From Escherichia phage UE-S1, in the sequence record ON568341.1: a stretch of 64,000 nucleotides of DNA. One strand, written 5' to 3'. Made by a program: the position numbers and the translations under genes. A model generated the notes under the pieces. It was given only the letters and a program-made list of their open reading frames with translations, was not told the DNA's origin and did not search any database. Below, piece after piece: positions 18,121 to 27,218 of the stretch (within the stretch, counting starts at the first letter, position 1; each line of letters opens with the position of its first letter).

Positions 18121-18348
18121 ATGACAAATACCCTTAAGTACTACCTCAATACTCTGCCCGACCTAGAGTACGGGAAGTTTCTCGCAGATAGTTCGTGGCT
18201 GATTGAGCTAAAAAAATATAATAGTCCCGGATGCACCCTTATGATGAACAATGCAATTGATACCCTTATAGTGAGTATTTTACATAGCAACATCTACGGG
18301 GATAACAATAAACAATTAACAAAAATCTTAGTACTGCTATCTCTATGA
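18121..18348 (+). CDS. small protein, MNNHKEYY...LLIYRY-type family (75 aa)
   Basis: ATG 18121 with AGGAG SD; C-term hydrophobic ..TKILVLLSL. Confidence 0.5.
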   Translation: MTNTLKYYLNTLPDLEYGKFLADSSWLIELKKYNSPGCTLMMNNAIDTLIVSILHSNIYGDNNKQLTKILVLLSL

Positions 18349-18557
18349 ACACTATGAGCACTGAACAGTTCTACATCAATGCACTACCAACTAAAAGTCT
18401 TCAAGAAAGCTTACTGTATACACAAAAGAATTTTAAAAACTTCAAACGTTGCCCTAAACTACTGAACTCGTACAGGAATAATATTATAAGAAATGTTTTA
18501 CAAGGAGAAGAAAGTATGCAATACTATCACATCCTTATACTTATATTGGAGTACTAA
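18345..18557 (+). CDS. small protein, tandem family
   Basis: ATGA overlap with previous gene; C-term ..YYHILILILEY. Confidence 0.5.
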   Translation: MNTMSTEQFYINALPTKSLQESLLYTQKNFKNFKRCPKLLNSYRNNIIRNVLQGEESMQYYHILILILEY

Positions 18558-18558
18558 T

Positions 18559-18768
18559 ATGAATACTGAACATAAAGAATTCTACACCAAATACCTCAGT
18601 AACGAAGAACAATTGTTTCTAAGAAGTGTATCACCGGTAAGTACCAATACTCAATTCGGTAGAGATTGCTTTAATAATTGTATACGTAGTACCCTAGAAG
18701 CAATCGAATATAATAACAAAAATATTATGTACTCAGGTTTAATAGGACTAATATTCTTCTATGAATAA
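18559..18768 (+). CDS. small protein, tandem family
   Basis: TAATATG junction; MNTEHKEFYTKYL..; C-term LIGLIFFYE. Confidence 0.5.
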   Translation: MNTEHKEFYTKYLSNEEQLFLRSVSPVSTNTQFGRDCFNNCIRSTLEAIEYNNKNIMYSGLIGLIFFYE

Positions 18769-18955
18769 TCATAAAGATTTCTATGGTAGTAAACTACACA
18801 AACATGAACAGCTATCATTCTCTTTAGCACCACCTATGAGAAAGGATAATCTATATTATAATTACGATTTCAGGATGGCGACACGTTATGCAATAGAACA
18901 TCAGTTCCCTGAAACTAAGTACCGCTCTATCCTGAACCTCATCTTTAAGTTCTAA
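18761..18955 (+). CDS. small protein, tandem family
   Basis: MNNHKDFY N-terminus; overlaps previous stop. Confidence 0.5.
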   Translation: MNNHKDFYGSKLHKHEQLSFSLAPPMRKDNLYYNYDFRMATRYAIEHQFPETKYRSILNLIFKF

Positions 18956-19002
18956 AAACAGCACCAGGGTCCGAGTACTTTAACATAGTAAGGCTAATTA
19001 CA

Positions 19003-19188
19003 ATGAATCATATACGCTACTATTACCAACAACTATCCGACAGGGACAAGTACAGCCACAATTCCCATGTATGGTACTACAAACGCGGCAGTATAAGAGA
19101 CAAACAACATTACTTCTGTATTTCTATTAAAGAAGCACTAACAACTAAGTACACGTACAGAGCAGTACTTAAACTAATCTCTATCTAA
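19003..19188 (+). CDS. small protein (61 aa)
   Basis: ORF in tightly packed array; MNHIRYYYQQL. Confidence 0.45.
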   Translation: MNHIRYYYQQLSDRDKYSHNSHVWYYKRGSIRDKQHYFCISIKEALTTKYTYRAVLKLISI

Positions 19189-19196
19189 GGAATACT

Positions 19197-19376
19197 ATGC
19201 AAGAATTCTATATAGAACATATAACCATAAAAGACCGTTTCATGTACCACACCTTCGTGAAATACTACAAACTGGGAACAAAAAGTACTAAAAATATTAA
19301 TCTCAATAGCTGCATTCATTCTGCACTAACAAAAGATAATCCCTTCAGGGAAATCCTCGCACTAGCATCTGTATAA
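19197..19376 (+). CDS. small protein (59 aa), tandem family
   Basis: AAGGAA SD; MQEFYIEHI..; not in ORF track (under 60 aa). Confidence 0.4.
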   Translation: MQEFYIEHITIKDRFMYHTFVKYYKLGTKSTKNINLNSCIHSALTKDNPFREILALASV

Positions 19377-19386
19377 AGGAAACCAA

Positions 19387-20046
19387 ATGAAACTTAATGC
19401 ACACAGCAAACAATACCTTAAGCACTTTAAGTACCTCAACAGTATTCAAGCAGAATCTTTTACACCAGCATATACGTATCACCCTAATGTACTAAAGAAA
19501 CGAAATAAAAAGAAAAAATCCAGAAATGTTCTCGTATCTAAGAACCTCAAATCGTACTTGAAGAAAAATAATATAGCTCTTGCTTTTATTAATATCTATA
19601 ATACTGATTTAAAAGTATTGAGTACTAATACCAGCACAAAAGCACTAAAGAATGCATCTATCTATATACACATGGATAATATCCCGTGCACTATAATTCT
19701 ATCTTCCGGGAATGTATACTTCTTCGGGAATTGTAATAGCACCCATGATATCAGTACTGCACAATTCCAAATCGGAGATATGTACTGCATGGGTTCAGAA
19801 AAAATACACGATAATATGCACTTCTTCCAAAAGCAACGTACTAACGAAACTGATACAGTACTGCAATTCCTCAAAGAACTAGAACACAAAGAATTATCCG
19901 AGGAAGAAGAATTCATGTACAGTACTGTAATCGATAATCCAGGACTCTATAAAAACGCGTACAAACTAACAAAACATGTACAGGAACTTATCAGTACTGA
20001 TAAGAAAATTCATCACCTCATTACGTATATTTCAAACTATGTATAA
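19387..20046 (+). CDS. hypothetical protein (219 aa)
   Basis: AAGGAAA SD; long ORF inside the small-protein array. Confidence 0.5.
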   Translation: MKLNAHSKQYLKHFKYLNSIQAESFTPAYTYHPNVLKKRNKKKKSRNVLVSKNLKSYLKKNNIALAFINIYNTDLKVLSTNTSTKALKNASIYIHMDNIPCTIILSSGNVYFFGNCNSTHDISTAQFQIGDMYCMGSEKIHDNMHFFQKQRTNETDTVLQFLKELEHKELSEEEEFMYSTVIDNPGLYKNAYKLTKHVQELISTDKKIHHLITYISNYV

Positions 20047-20221
20047 AGAATACTACATAGAGAAACTCCCAATGCATCTACAACACCATATACCAAACGT
20101 TGCATTGGGCATAACCGAGCACGCAAAGATAATGTTCCAACAATGTACTAAGTACACGCTCATATACGATGATAATCCATATATGCTGTACTACGTAGTA
20201 ATGCTAACATTCAGGTACTAA
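20039..20221 (+). CDS. small protein, tandem family
   Basis: MYKEYYIEKLPMHLQ..; C-term YYVVMLTFRY; overlaps previous stop. Confidence 0.5.
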   Translation: MYKEYYIEKLPMHLQHHIPNVALGITEHAKIMFQQCTKYTLIYDDNPYMLYYVVMLTFRY

Positions 20222-20222
20222 T

Positions 20223-20402
20223 ATGAATACTTATAAAGAATTCTACCTCTCGTACCTTAATTCCGATATAGTAACATCCAATACATTCAGTACTAAAATT
20301 ATCTATAATGAAGTAATGAAAGAATGTATTAAAGGTGCTATTAACCCTAAAGATACGTATGACTTGTACTATGCAGTACTAACCCTTGTTTTCACGAAAT
20401 AA
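20223..20402 (+). CDS. small protein (59 aa), tandem family
   Basis: TAATATG junction; MNTYKEFYLSYL..YAVLTLVFTK. Confidence 0.4.
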   Translation: MNTYKEFYLSYLNSDIVTSNTFSTKIIYNEVMKECIKGAINPKDTYDLYYAVLTLVFTK

Positions 20403-20410
20403 CACATAAT

Positions 20411-20602
20411 ATGAATAACCACAAAGAATACTACATAGAGAAACTCCCAATGTATCTCCAACACCTTCTACCAACAGAACCATTGCGTATAGAAAAAAAC
20501 TACGAAAAAGACTACTTCATTCAGTGCACTAAATCCTCGATATATATTGAAGACTATAATCGAGTACTGTATCACATCCTTTTACTAATATATAAGTACT
20601 AA
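20411..20602 (+). CDS. small protein, tandem family
   Basis: MNNHKEYYIEKLPMYLQ..YHILLLIYKY. Confidence 0.55.
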   Translation: MNNHKEYYIEKLPMYLQHLLPTEPLRIEKNYEKDYFIQCTKSSIYIEDYNRVLYHILLLIYKY

Positions 20603-20603
20603 T

Positions 20604-20792
20604 ATGAATAACCACAAAGAATACTACACACAATTTCTCCCCAGCATTTTGGAACAATACGCCAGATATAAAGTCCCCCTCGATAACGATTTGGCAGTAC
20701 TGGGATTCAATAACTGCATAGAACGAAGTATAGAAAATAGTAATAGCTATGAACAATTATATAACACTATCCTACTTATATTCAGGTACTAA
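20604..20792 (+). CDS. small protein, tandem family
   Basis: TAATATG junction; MNNHKEYYTQFL..YNTILLIFRY. Confidence 0.55.
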   Translation: MNNHKEYYTQFLPSILEQYARYKVPLDNDLAVLGFNNCIERSIENSNSYEQLYNTILLIFRY

Positions 20793-20793
20793 T

Positions 20794-20982
20794 ATGTATA
20801 AAGAATACTACGCAAAATATTTCCCAATGTATCTCAGAACTAATCTATTAGATAAACCTCGCGATATCAATGCACAAAACGATAAAGTGTACTTTATTAT
20901 GTGCACTAAAGCATGTATACTAGATCATGACAGCTACCATCGAGTACTGTATCATACACTGTACCTAGCTTTCGTATACTAA
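20794..20982 (+). CDS. small protein, tandem family
   Basis: TAATATG junction; MYKEYYAKYFPMYL..YHTLYLAFVY. Confidence 0.5.
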   Translation: MYKEYYAKYFPMYLRTNLLDKPRDINAQNDKVYFIMCTKACILDHDSYHRVLYHTLYLAFVY

Positions 20983-21017
20983 AATGTACTCCGGTTTAAT
21001 AGGACTAATATTCTTCT

Positions 21018-21197
21018 ATGAATAATCATAAAGATTTCTACATAAGCCATCTGGATATAAACTCCCAAATGCTTATACTACTAAACACAATAGATTTCAA
21101 GGATAAGAAAAAGATCCAACAATTCATTGACCATACGGACCGTGCTGTGAACCAAAATTATATGTACTACATTCTCGCCCTAATATACAGGTACTAA
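21018..21197 (+). CDS. small protein (59 aa), tandem family
   Basis: MNNHKDFYISHL..YYILALIYRY. Confidence 0.45.
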   Translation: MNNHKDFYISHLDINSQMLILLNTIDFKDKKKIQQFIDHTDRAVNQNYMYYILALIYRY

Positions 21198-21198
21198 T

Positions 21199-21384
21199 AT
21201 GCATAGAGAATACTATATACAATTTGTTAAAGAAAACTACAAACACGCCGTCCCCGTAAACCCTTTAAATTCTAATGACCCAAGTACTATATTCTTGTTC
21301 CATGACGCAATACGTACAGTACTCAATACTAAAGATGAACAAGTGCAGTACGTATTCTTACTTTTACTTATATACAGACACTAA
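21199..21384 (+). CDS. small protein, tandem family
   Basis: TAATATG junction; MHREYYIQF..FLLLLIYRH. Confidence 0.5.
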   Translation: MHREYYIQFVKENYKHAVPVNPLNSNDPSTIFLFHDAIRTVLNTKDEQVQYVFLLLLIYRH

Positions 21385-21397
21385 AGCACTAACTAAT

Positions 21398-21598
21398 ATG
21401 AATAAAGAATATAAAGACTTCTATATAAGTAAACTAAAAGAAAATGAACAAGCATGGATTCAACCACTAATAATACTTCCATTTAATAGATATTCATTGA
21501 ACCGATGTACCGAGATTGCTATAGACCCTTGTCCTATTAAAGAGAATGTACAATACAATCAGTACTACTATATCTTAATGCTTATATATAGGAAGTAA
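21398..21598 (+). CDS. small protein, tandem family
   Basis: ATG 21398 (TAATATG-type context); MNKEYKDFYISKL..YYILMLIYRK. Confidence 0.5.
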   Translation: MNKEYKDFYISKLKENEQAWIQPLIILPFNRYSLNRCTEIAIDPCPIKENVQYNQYYYILMLIYRK

Positions 21599-22700
21599 TT
21601 AAACACATATAGACAGGGGAAGCTCCGTAGTGGAAGCATTATACAGGCTTTAACATATGTTGCATATGTTAAAATTCAGCCTGGACAAATGCGATCACTA
21701 GGATTCTCCCCAGGCTAAACCCCGTAACTCTACAGAGAAGCCAATAGCTTCTCTTTGTCATAGGTAGTCATAAGTAATCATATATAAACATTTAAGTAAT
21801 CATTCATACGCACGGTAGTGATTAGTATTGAGTACTAGAGTACAGGAATGTTCACGTTTAATCAAGAACGTAGCAGTACTGCCCCAAAAGTATTCAGTAC
21901 TGAAGGTGTCGATATCCCACTAAGTAGGCAGAGGAAGTCTGCCGTACTTTGTAGTTTCCAAGCTCCTTTTCCATTTTTCAAATTACATCAAATGTATTCA
22001 AAAGTAATCACGTAATGATTAGTACTGAATTATTACTTTCACCTTAATTCCAAATACTCTTTTACCCTTCGGGGAAAATCCCATTACCCCTTGAGGCTCC
22101 AGCAAAAAGTTGGAAAGTACTCCATCGTAAATCTGGATCGTAAAAATTTTGGAGTACCTATGAAATAAAAGTTGGATCTTCGAAAGTTGAAATTTACGTT
22201 GGGACATATAGGATTGATGGGATATAATGAGTTTTGTAGAGATACAGATTATACGATTTCAGTACTGAATAATGAAAGAAAGCTATTGACTTTATGATTC
22301 AGTACTGTATAATGTTCTATATAGAGAGATGAGTTGCCGCAAACAATTCATTCACTCTACCTCCTGTCGTGAGACAGTACAGAAAAGATAGTTCCTCCTA
22401 TGGGTGGTACATCTTTTTATAACCTCTTTTTTCGTAATATAAACAGTACTGATATTAACAGAATGGTGTCAGTACTGATTTTAATCTAATACAATACACC
22501 CACCAGCTTGTGCTGGTGGATTATCCACTAACAGTATTCAGTACTACATGATAGTCTTCATCCTCCTAGGGTAACATAGTGAGGGCTATTGTGGGAGTAC
22601 TGAATACTCCTTTCACAAGATAGATCTATGGTATAGTACTGACGGATTTTGGGCGTAGTAAGCCTAGGTTAAATTTAGACGTAGAGATGTCTAGACCTCC

Positions 22701-22830
22701 AGATGGTTGGAAGTAAAGATGGCTATCCCTCTAGGCGGCTGGATGGCTAGATTTCTAGATGGCTGTACTGCTAGACGTTTGGACGGCTAAACGGCTAGAT
22801 GGTTACACGTCTGGAAGTATAGACGGCTAA
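22701..22830. repeat. iteron-like direct repeats (AGAYGGCT / AGATGGTT), CTAG-rich
   Basis: About 8 copies in 130 bp: agatggtt, agatggct, ggatggctag, agatggct, gacggcta, acggctagatggtt, gacggcta. Confidence 0.6.
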
Positions 22831-23452
22831 ATCAAAATTTTTATTCTGTTTTTTCCAATAGTTCCCCTACCGCGTGAGGATGTTTTTCCCCGCAGTATCT
22901 GGTGTTAGATTTTTCTGAATCTGGAATCATTATCTAATAAACTGGGGGCAATGTCAACGGCCTGGATGAATATTTTTAAAAAATAATCTAGTACTAAATT
23001 TTGGGCGTAACTATGCACCCGGTGGGCTTGAGTCTTTCTCGACTTGATGAAATAATTATATCAGTACTGGAAAAATAAAGCAATACCATGGAAGCAAAAA
23101 AGTTTTAATTAATTTGCTTGCTATCCTGGGCCGGACTATGGTACTATATTTCAGTACTGAGAAAGTGCGTTTACCTGCTAGGGTGCGGGAGTGTATCCTT
23201 TTTTTATATCTTGAATTTTGGGCGTAATTCCGCACCCTCTGGGGTTTCCGCTTTCTCGCGTCTATGTAGTAATTATACGCTTTTTTAGTACTGAGTCAAT
23301 AGCCAAAAACAAAATAATTGAAAATAATTTAACGCGTTTAAACGGCCTGTAAAGCCCTGAAATGATTAGAATGGTGCAAATGTATAGCTTAGGTGTATTA
23401 ATGCGTTAGAATGCGTCTGAGGCCGTTTTACGTGGTATAGGGATGATTTAGT

Positions 23453-23547
23453 GGATTGATTCAGTACTGAATAATAGTACTCCTATATAGAAAGATAGTT
23501 CCCCTGGATTGATTCAGTACTGAATAATAGTACTCCTATATAGAAAG
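23453..23547. repeat. tandem direct repeat (2 x 42 bp, 53-bp period)
   Basis: GGATTGATTCAGTACTGAATAATAGTACTCCTATATAGAAAGA at 23453 and 23506. Confidence 0.7.
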
Positions 23548-23579
23548 AAAACTATTTTAAAAGTATTTGTAGAAAGTAC

Positions 23580-23607
23580 TTGCACAGTACTGAAAAAAGC
23601 GTATAAT
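23580..23607 (+). promoter_or_regulatory. early sigma70-type promoter
   Basis: TTGCAC, 16 nt spacer, TATAAT(23602-23607); GTTTTACATC start region then 5' hairpin. Confidence 0.55.
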
Positions 23608-23661
23608 GTTTTACATCGAGAGCGGGAACACTTCCCTACTCACTTTTAAGAGATTAAAACG

Positions 23662-24024
23662 ATGGCGACTCAAATCACTAAAATCATTGCTAACCTGGTT
23701 AACTTCCGCGACGATATGAAAGATCTTCCGGCGGCAACGGTTAAAACTCACATTGACGCATACCGCGAACTGATTAAAATGTTGCCGCTTAAGCGTGAAC
23801 AATACGCCGCTAAACTGATGCTTGATGCGATGATCCATAAGATGATCGCCAGTGATTTGACGATGGTTTATCAGTATATGGGCGAAAATTTCGCGGTGTA
23901 TAGTAAACCAGTACCAGGAATGGAAAGTACAGAAGTATTACACGGTTTAAATTTAAAACAAGATGCATGGGATAATATGCCTCGTTTCCTGGTATGGGCT
24001 GACAGTGGCAAAATTTACGAATAA
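23662..24024 (+). CDS. hypothetical early protein (120 aa)
   Basis: ORF after promoter + leader hairpin; AAGAGA SD-like. Confidence 0.55.
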   Translation: MATQITKIIANLVNFRDDMKDLPAATVKTHIDAYRELIKMLPLKREQYAAKLMLDAMIHKMIASDLTMVYQYMGENFAVYSKPVPGMESTEVLHGLNLKQDAWDNMPRFLVWADSGKIYE

Positions 24025-24037
24025 GTTAAAAATTAGT

Positions 24038-24065
24038 TTGACAGTACTGAATAAAAGCGTATAAT
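24038..24065 (+). promoter_or_regulatory. early sigma70-type promoter
   Basis: TTGACA(24038-24043), 16 nt spacer, TATAAT(24060-24065). Confidence 0.55.
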
Positions 24066-24116
24066 GTTTTACATCAGGTGGGGAATAGTTCCCCACTATA
24101 TAAGAGGATTAAAAAA

Positions 24117-24356
24117 ATGGCTAAATCAAAAATGTTCTTAGGTCACAAAAACAAAACTCATTGGAATGTAAGCCTGTGGATTAATAACGATGAGGGATTG
24201 TATCGGTTGGCCCTGGACTTTATTGCCGCCCATACTAATCGCAATGATGCGGCCCGTCATATGATGTTATTTTTAGAACAGACTGGACAAGATAAAACAC
24301 CGGACGGATTCAAATATAGCACTACTGCGATCCGTGCGGCGATGGTTGGAATGTAA
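24117..24356 (+). CDS. hypothetical early protein (79 aa)
   Basis: ATG 24117 after AAGAGGA SD; paralog of 26157..26396 (KNKTHWNVSLWINN..TPDGFKYSTTAIRAAMVGM). Confidence 0.55.
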   Translation: MAKSKMFLGHKNKTHWNVSLWINNDEGLYRLALDFIAAHTNRNDAARHMMLFLEQTGQDKTPDGFKYSTTAIRAAMVGM

Positions 24357-24442
24357 TAGAATTTATTTAAAGTACTATCATTTTTTTGCGATAGTACTTT
24401 ATAATAGTGTTTTATTCATACACCAACGATAAGGGCAACAGC

Positions 24443-24709
24443 ATGAATATTAAGTATTTTGCGACGCGTGAACAAGCTCGGATCGCCGCACGCCAGGACG
24501 GGGCAACGTTTAAAGATATGGGCGTACAATCGGAACGTGGTAAACGTTGGGCCATTGTAAAGCGTAGTACCGCCAGATCATTACAGTACTGGTTAGCGGC
24601 CTTAAAAAGTCCCGATAGTGTATCGCGTCGAGTGGTAGAAATAAAGCTCGACCGAAAGGGCAACCGCGTGACTGTGTACCGTACTAAAAAGATTGCAGTA
24701 CTTGAATAA
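24443..24709 (+). CDS. hypothetical early protein (88 aa)
   Basis: ATG 24443; paralog of 36151..36546 (FATREQARIAARQ..DRKGNRVTVY). Confidence 0.5.
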   Translation: MNIKYFATREQARIAARQDGATFKDMGVQSERGKRWAIVKRSTARSLQYWLAALKSPDSVSRRVVEIKLDRKGNRVTVYRTKKIAVLE

Positions 24710-24716
24710 AAAGTAC

Positions 24717-24744
24717 TTGCAAACTATGTTTAAAGGCGTATAAT
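24717..24744 (+). promoter_or_regulatory. early sigma70-type promoter
   Basis: TTGCAA(24717-24722), 16 nt spacer, TATAAT(24739-24744); leader hairpin GCGGGAACTCTTCCCGC. Confidence 0.55.
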
Positions 24745-24796
24745 GTTTTACATCGAGAGCGGGAACTCTTCCCGCCTATAACCTGGAGTAATAAAA

Positions 24797-25027
24797 ATGA
24801 CTAATATGTATATGACTGAAGTTAAAACCGTAAAAGATACTACCACGAATAAAACTACTTACTTACAGCGGATCTGTGGTGTATGGCAACGTATCAGCAA
24901 ATCAAAGTACTTTAAATTAACATCATATGCAAACCGTTCGGATTCATTCAGTACTGAAATAAAAGGTAATAAAGTACACCAATACGGCACTTATTATTAT
25001 TACAGCCTGGACGCGATTGCAGTATAA
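24797..25027 (+). CDS. hypothetical early protein (76 aa)
   Basis: ORF after promoter/hairpin; GGAG SD. Confidence 0.5.
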   Translation: MTNMYMTEVKTVKDTTTNKTTYLQRICGVWQRISKSKYFKLTSYANRSDSFSTEIKGNKVHQYGTYYYYSLDAIAV

Positions 25028-25278
25028 TCATATTTTTTGAAAAATTTACAATTGCCGGTATTGACTTATTTTGTCAGTACTGGCATAATGTATTCATTGG
25101 CAGATAAGCCGTAGCCCATAGGGTGCGGGAGTGTATCTATAGAAAAATTAGTTTAGTATAGTTACAATTGTGCACCCGGTGGGTTAGCTGTTGTCATGGG
25201 GTATATTATGCCAGTACTTGATAATGCTGTCAATACTTTTTTTACTATTCAGTACTGAAAACTATTTTTAAAAAGTAC

Positions 25279-25306
25279 TTGCTAACTATGTTTAAAGGCG
25301 TATAAT
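25279..25306 (+). promoter_or_regulatory. early promoter (upstream of tandem promoter pair)
   Basis: TTGCTA, 16 nt spacer, TATAAT(25301-25306). Confidence 0.5.
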
Positions 25307-25400
25307 GTTTTACATCAGGACGGGGAACGAAATAAGTAACCCCGTTAAGTAGTCCAGGAGTAAGACATACGAAAAACTCCCCTGATAAAATAGTTTGACA
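25301..25400. repeat. 100-bp exact repeat (copy 1) carrying structured leader
   Basis: Appears identical by eye to 35214..35313. Confidence 0.7.
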
Positions 25401-25422
25401 AATGTTTTTAAAAGCGTATAAT
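25395..25422 (+). promoter_or_regulatory. early promoter (downstream of tandem promoter pair)
   Basis: TTGACA(25395-25400), 16 nt spacer, TATAAT(25417-25422). Confidence 0.5.
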
Positions 25423-25454
25423 ACTTACATCAACTACTGAATGAGGGTTACAAA

Positions 25455-26066
25455 ATGAAAACTATCACTACTACTACTTTTGTTATGGCTTTTTCTGAAC
25501 TGAACGCAGAACAAAAAACGGCGGCTATCGAACTGGTTCGGGATCGTGAGCGTTCATGTGAGGATAATTTCTTTGCTGAGGGCGTTATCGAGTACTATAA
25601 AGAAACAGTACTACCAGAATACGGCATAGATGAAGCTGAATTGCAATACAGTGGTTTTTGGTCGCAAGGTGACGGTGCATCAATCAGTACTGACAGCGTG
25701 GACGCGGAGAAGTTTTTACGCAAGATTAAAGCGTTAACGAAATATCGTTCTATCCGTCACTTGTTGAATGAAGATGATTTGGCAATGAGTGTAGAACGTT
25801 CACACTCTCGCTACGCACACGAAAACACGGTAAGCGGTTGCGTTGATACTCGCTACACTGATTTAACTGTAAAACAAGCGGCACTTGCTGATGACCTGGA
25901 AAACTTACTGACTGATGCGATCCGTGAATTATCTCGTAAGTTGTACCGTGATTTAGAGAATGCATATGAGGATCAATTCACTACTGAAAACATTACTGCA
26001 CTGATTGAGGGTAACGAATATCAATTCAATGTTATTGATGGCGTAGTGGAATCAATCGAATATTAA
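25455..26066 (+). CDS. hypothetical early protein (203 aa)
   Basis: ORF after dual promoters; GAGGG SD. Confidence 0.55.
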   Translation: MKTITTTTFVMAFSELNAEQKTAAIELVRDRERSCEDNFFAEGVIEYYKETVLPEYGIDEAELQYSGFWSQGDGASISTDSVDAEKFLRKIKALTKYRSIRHLLNEDDLAMSVERSHSRYAHENTVSGCVDTRYTDLTVKQAALADDLENLLTDAIRELSRKLYRDLENAYEDQFTTENITALIEGNEYQFNVIDGVVESIEY

Positions 26067-26078
26067 TTCAAAAAGTAC

Positions 26079-26106
26079 TTGTAAACTAAGTTTAAAAGCG
26101 TATAAT
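26079..26106 (+). promoter_or_regulatory. early sigma70-type promoter
   Basis: TTGTAA, 16 nt spacer, TATAAT(26101-26106); hairpin GCGGGGAGTGGTTCCCCGC. Confidence 0.5.
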
Positions 26107-26156
26107 ACTTTACATCAAGGCGGGGAGTGGTTCCCCGCTCAAACGAGGATTTAAAA

Positions 26157-26396
26157 ATGGCTAGTACTAAAACTTACAACGGACACAAAAACAAAACTCA
26201 TTGGAATGTAAGCCTTTGGATTAATAACGGTGAGTCATTGTATCGGCTTGCACAAAGTTGCATCGCACAAAGTAGAACTAAAGATATTGCTGCGGAATGT
26301 ATGTACCGCAGATTAAAAGCCAACGGTACTACTACAACACCGGACGGATTCAAATATAGCACTACTGCGATCCGTGCTGCAATGGTTGGAATGTAA
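26157..26396 (+). CDS. hypothetical early protein (79 aa)
   Basis: ATG 26157 after ACGAGGA SD; paralog of 24117..24356. Confidence 0.55.
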   Translation: MASTKTYNGHKNKTHWNVSLWINNGESLYRLAQSCIAQSRTKDIAAECMYRRLKANGTTTTPDGFKYSTTAIRAAMVGM

Positions 26397-26453
26397 TATT
26401 CAGTACTGAGATAATGGCGGGTAATAGTTCCCGCCTTTACTGAGGGTTATCTA

Positions 26454-26714
26454 ATGAGTAAAGTAATTAGCTATACAGCACTAAGCAAGACATTATCTAT
26501 TAGCCAGTGCACCGATGGTTATTGGCTATTTGATGAAACGCGTGGCATGAATTTAGCCATGCGTGCAAAAACTGCTGAGGCGGCGTATCTTGAAGCATTG
26601 GAATACTACCAGGAACGTTTAAAGGAAGTAGAAGAAGATTATAAAAGCCTCAAAGCGAAAGTAGATCATTTCGTCGGTCAATTCATCGAGGAAGACGACG
26701 ACAAACAATATTGA
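26454..26714 (+). CDS. hypothetical early protein (86 aa)
   Basis: ORF with GAGGG SD. Confidence 0.5.
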   Translation: MSKVISYTALSKTLSISQCTDGYWLFDETRGMNLAMRAKTAEAAYLEALEYYQERLKEVEEDYKSLKAKVDHFVGQFIEEDDDKQY

Positions 26715-26722
26715 AAAAGTAC

Positions 26723-26750
26723 TTGCAATTAGTTTTCAGTACTGTATAAT
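26723..26750 (+). promoter_or_regulatory. early sigma70-type promoter
   Basis: TTGCAA(26723-26728), 16 nt spacer, TGTATAAT(26743-26750). Confidence 0.55.
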
Positions 26751-26800
26751 GGTTTACATCAAAGGGAGAAATGGTTCTCCCTGGTAATGAGGAAAATAAA

Positions 26801-27022
26801 ATGGCTAATATCACTACTCTTTCCCAACTGGAAGCACTGGTGAAATCTATGCGGGAACATGCCGACAAAATCGGCGTACAAGATCCAGCCGTTTGCTTCT
26901 GCGACGAATTGAATGATGATACACTGGTAATAGCAGAAGTCCAGGACGTTTCTAACTATTCCTCGCGTTACACTGGCGGCGTAGCAAATAAAGGCGACTT
27001 CTGTTTATACCTTACAAAATAA
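26801..27022 (+). CDS. hypothetical early protein (73 aa)
   Basis: ATG 26801 after TGAGGAAA SD and leader hairpin GGGAGAAATGGTTCTCCC. Confidence 0.5.
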   Translation: MANITTLSQLEALVKSMREHADKIGVQDPAVCFCDELNDDTLVIAEVQDVSNYSSRYTGGVANKGDFCLYLTK

Positions 27023-27190
27023 CAACGCGGGGAGATAATAACTCCCCGTTACTTTTTCAGTACTGAATCATTTAATAGACGGATCTCGGCACCCGGTGGG
27101 TTAGTGACTGTTTCGTCTTGATGTAGTAATTATGCCAGTACTGGATGCACTTGTCAACAACTATTTTTCAAATACTTTTTATTAAAATAC

Positions 27191-27218
27191 TTGCAATTAG
27201 TTTTTAAACGCGTATAAT
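27191..27218 (+). promoter_or_regulatory. early sigma70-type promoter
   Basis: TTGCAA(27191-27196), 16 nt spacer, TATAAT(27213-27218). Confidence 0.55.

Noticed and set aside
21600-23640. tRNA genes in the ORF-free region (T4-like phages often carry a tRNA cluster)
   Set aside because: By eye I could not find cloverleaf-compatible sequences with GTTCRANYC T-loop boxes; a tRNAscan run is needed to be sure.
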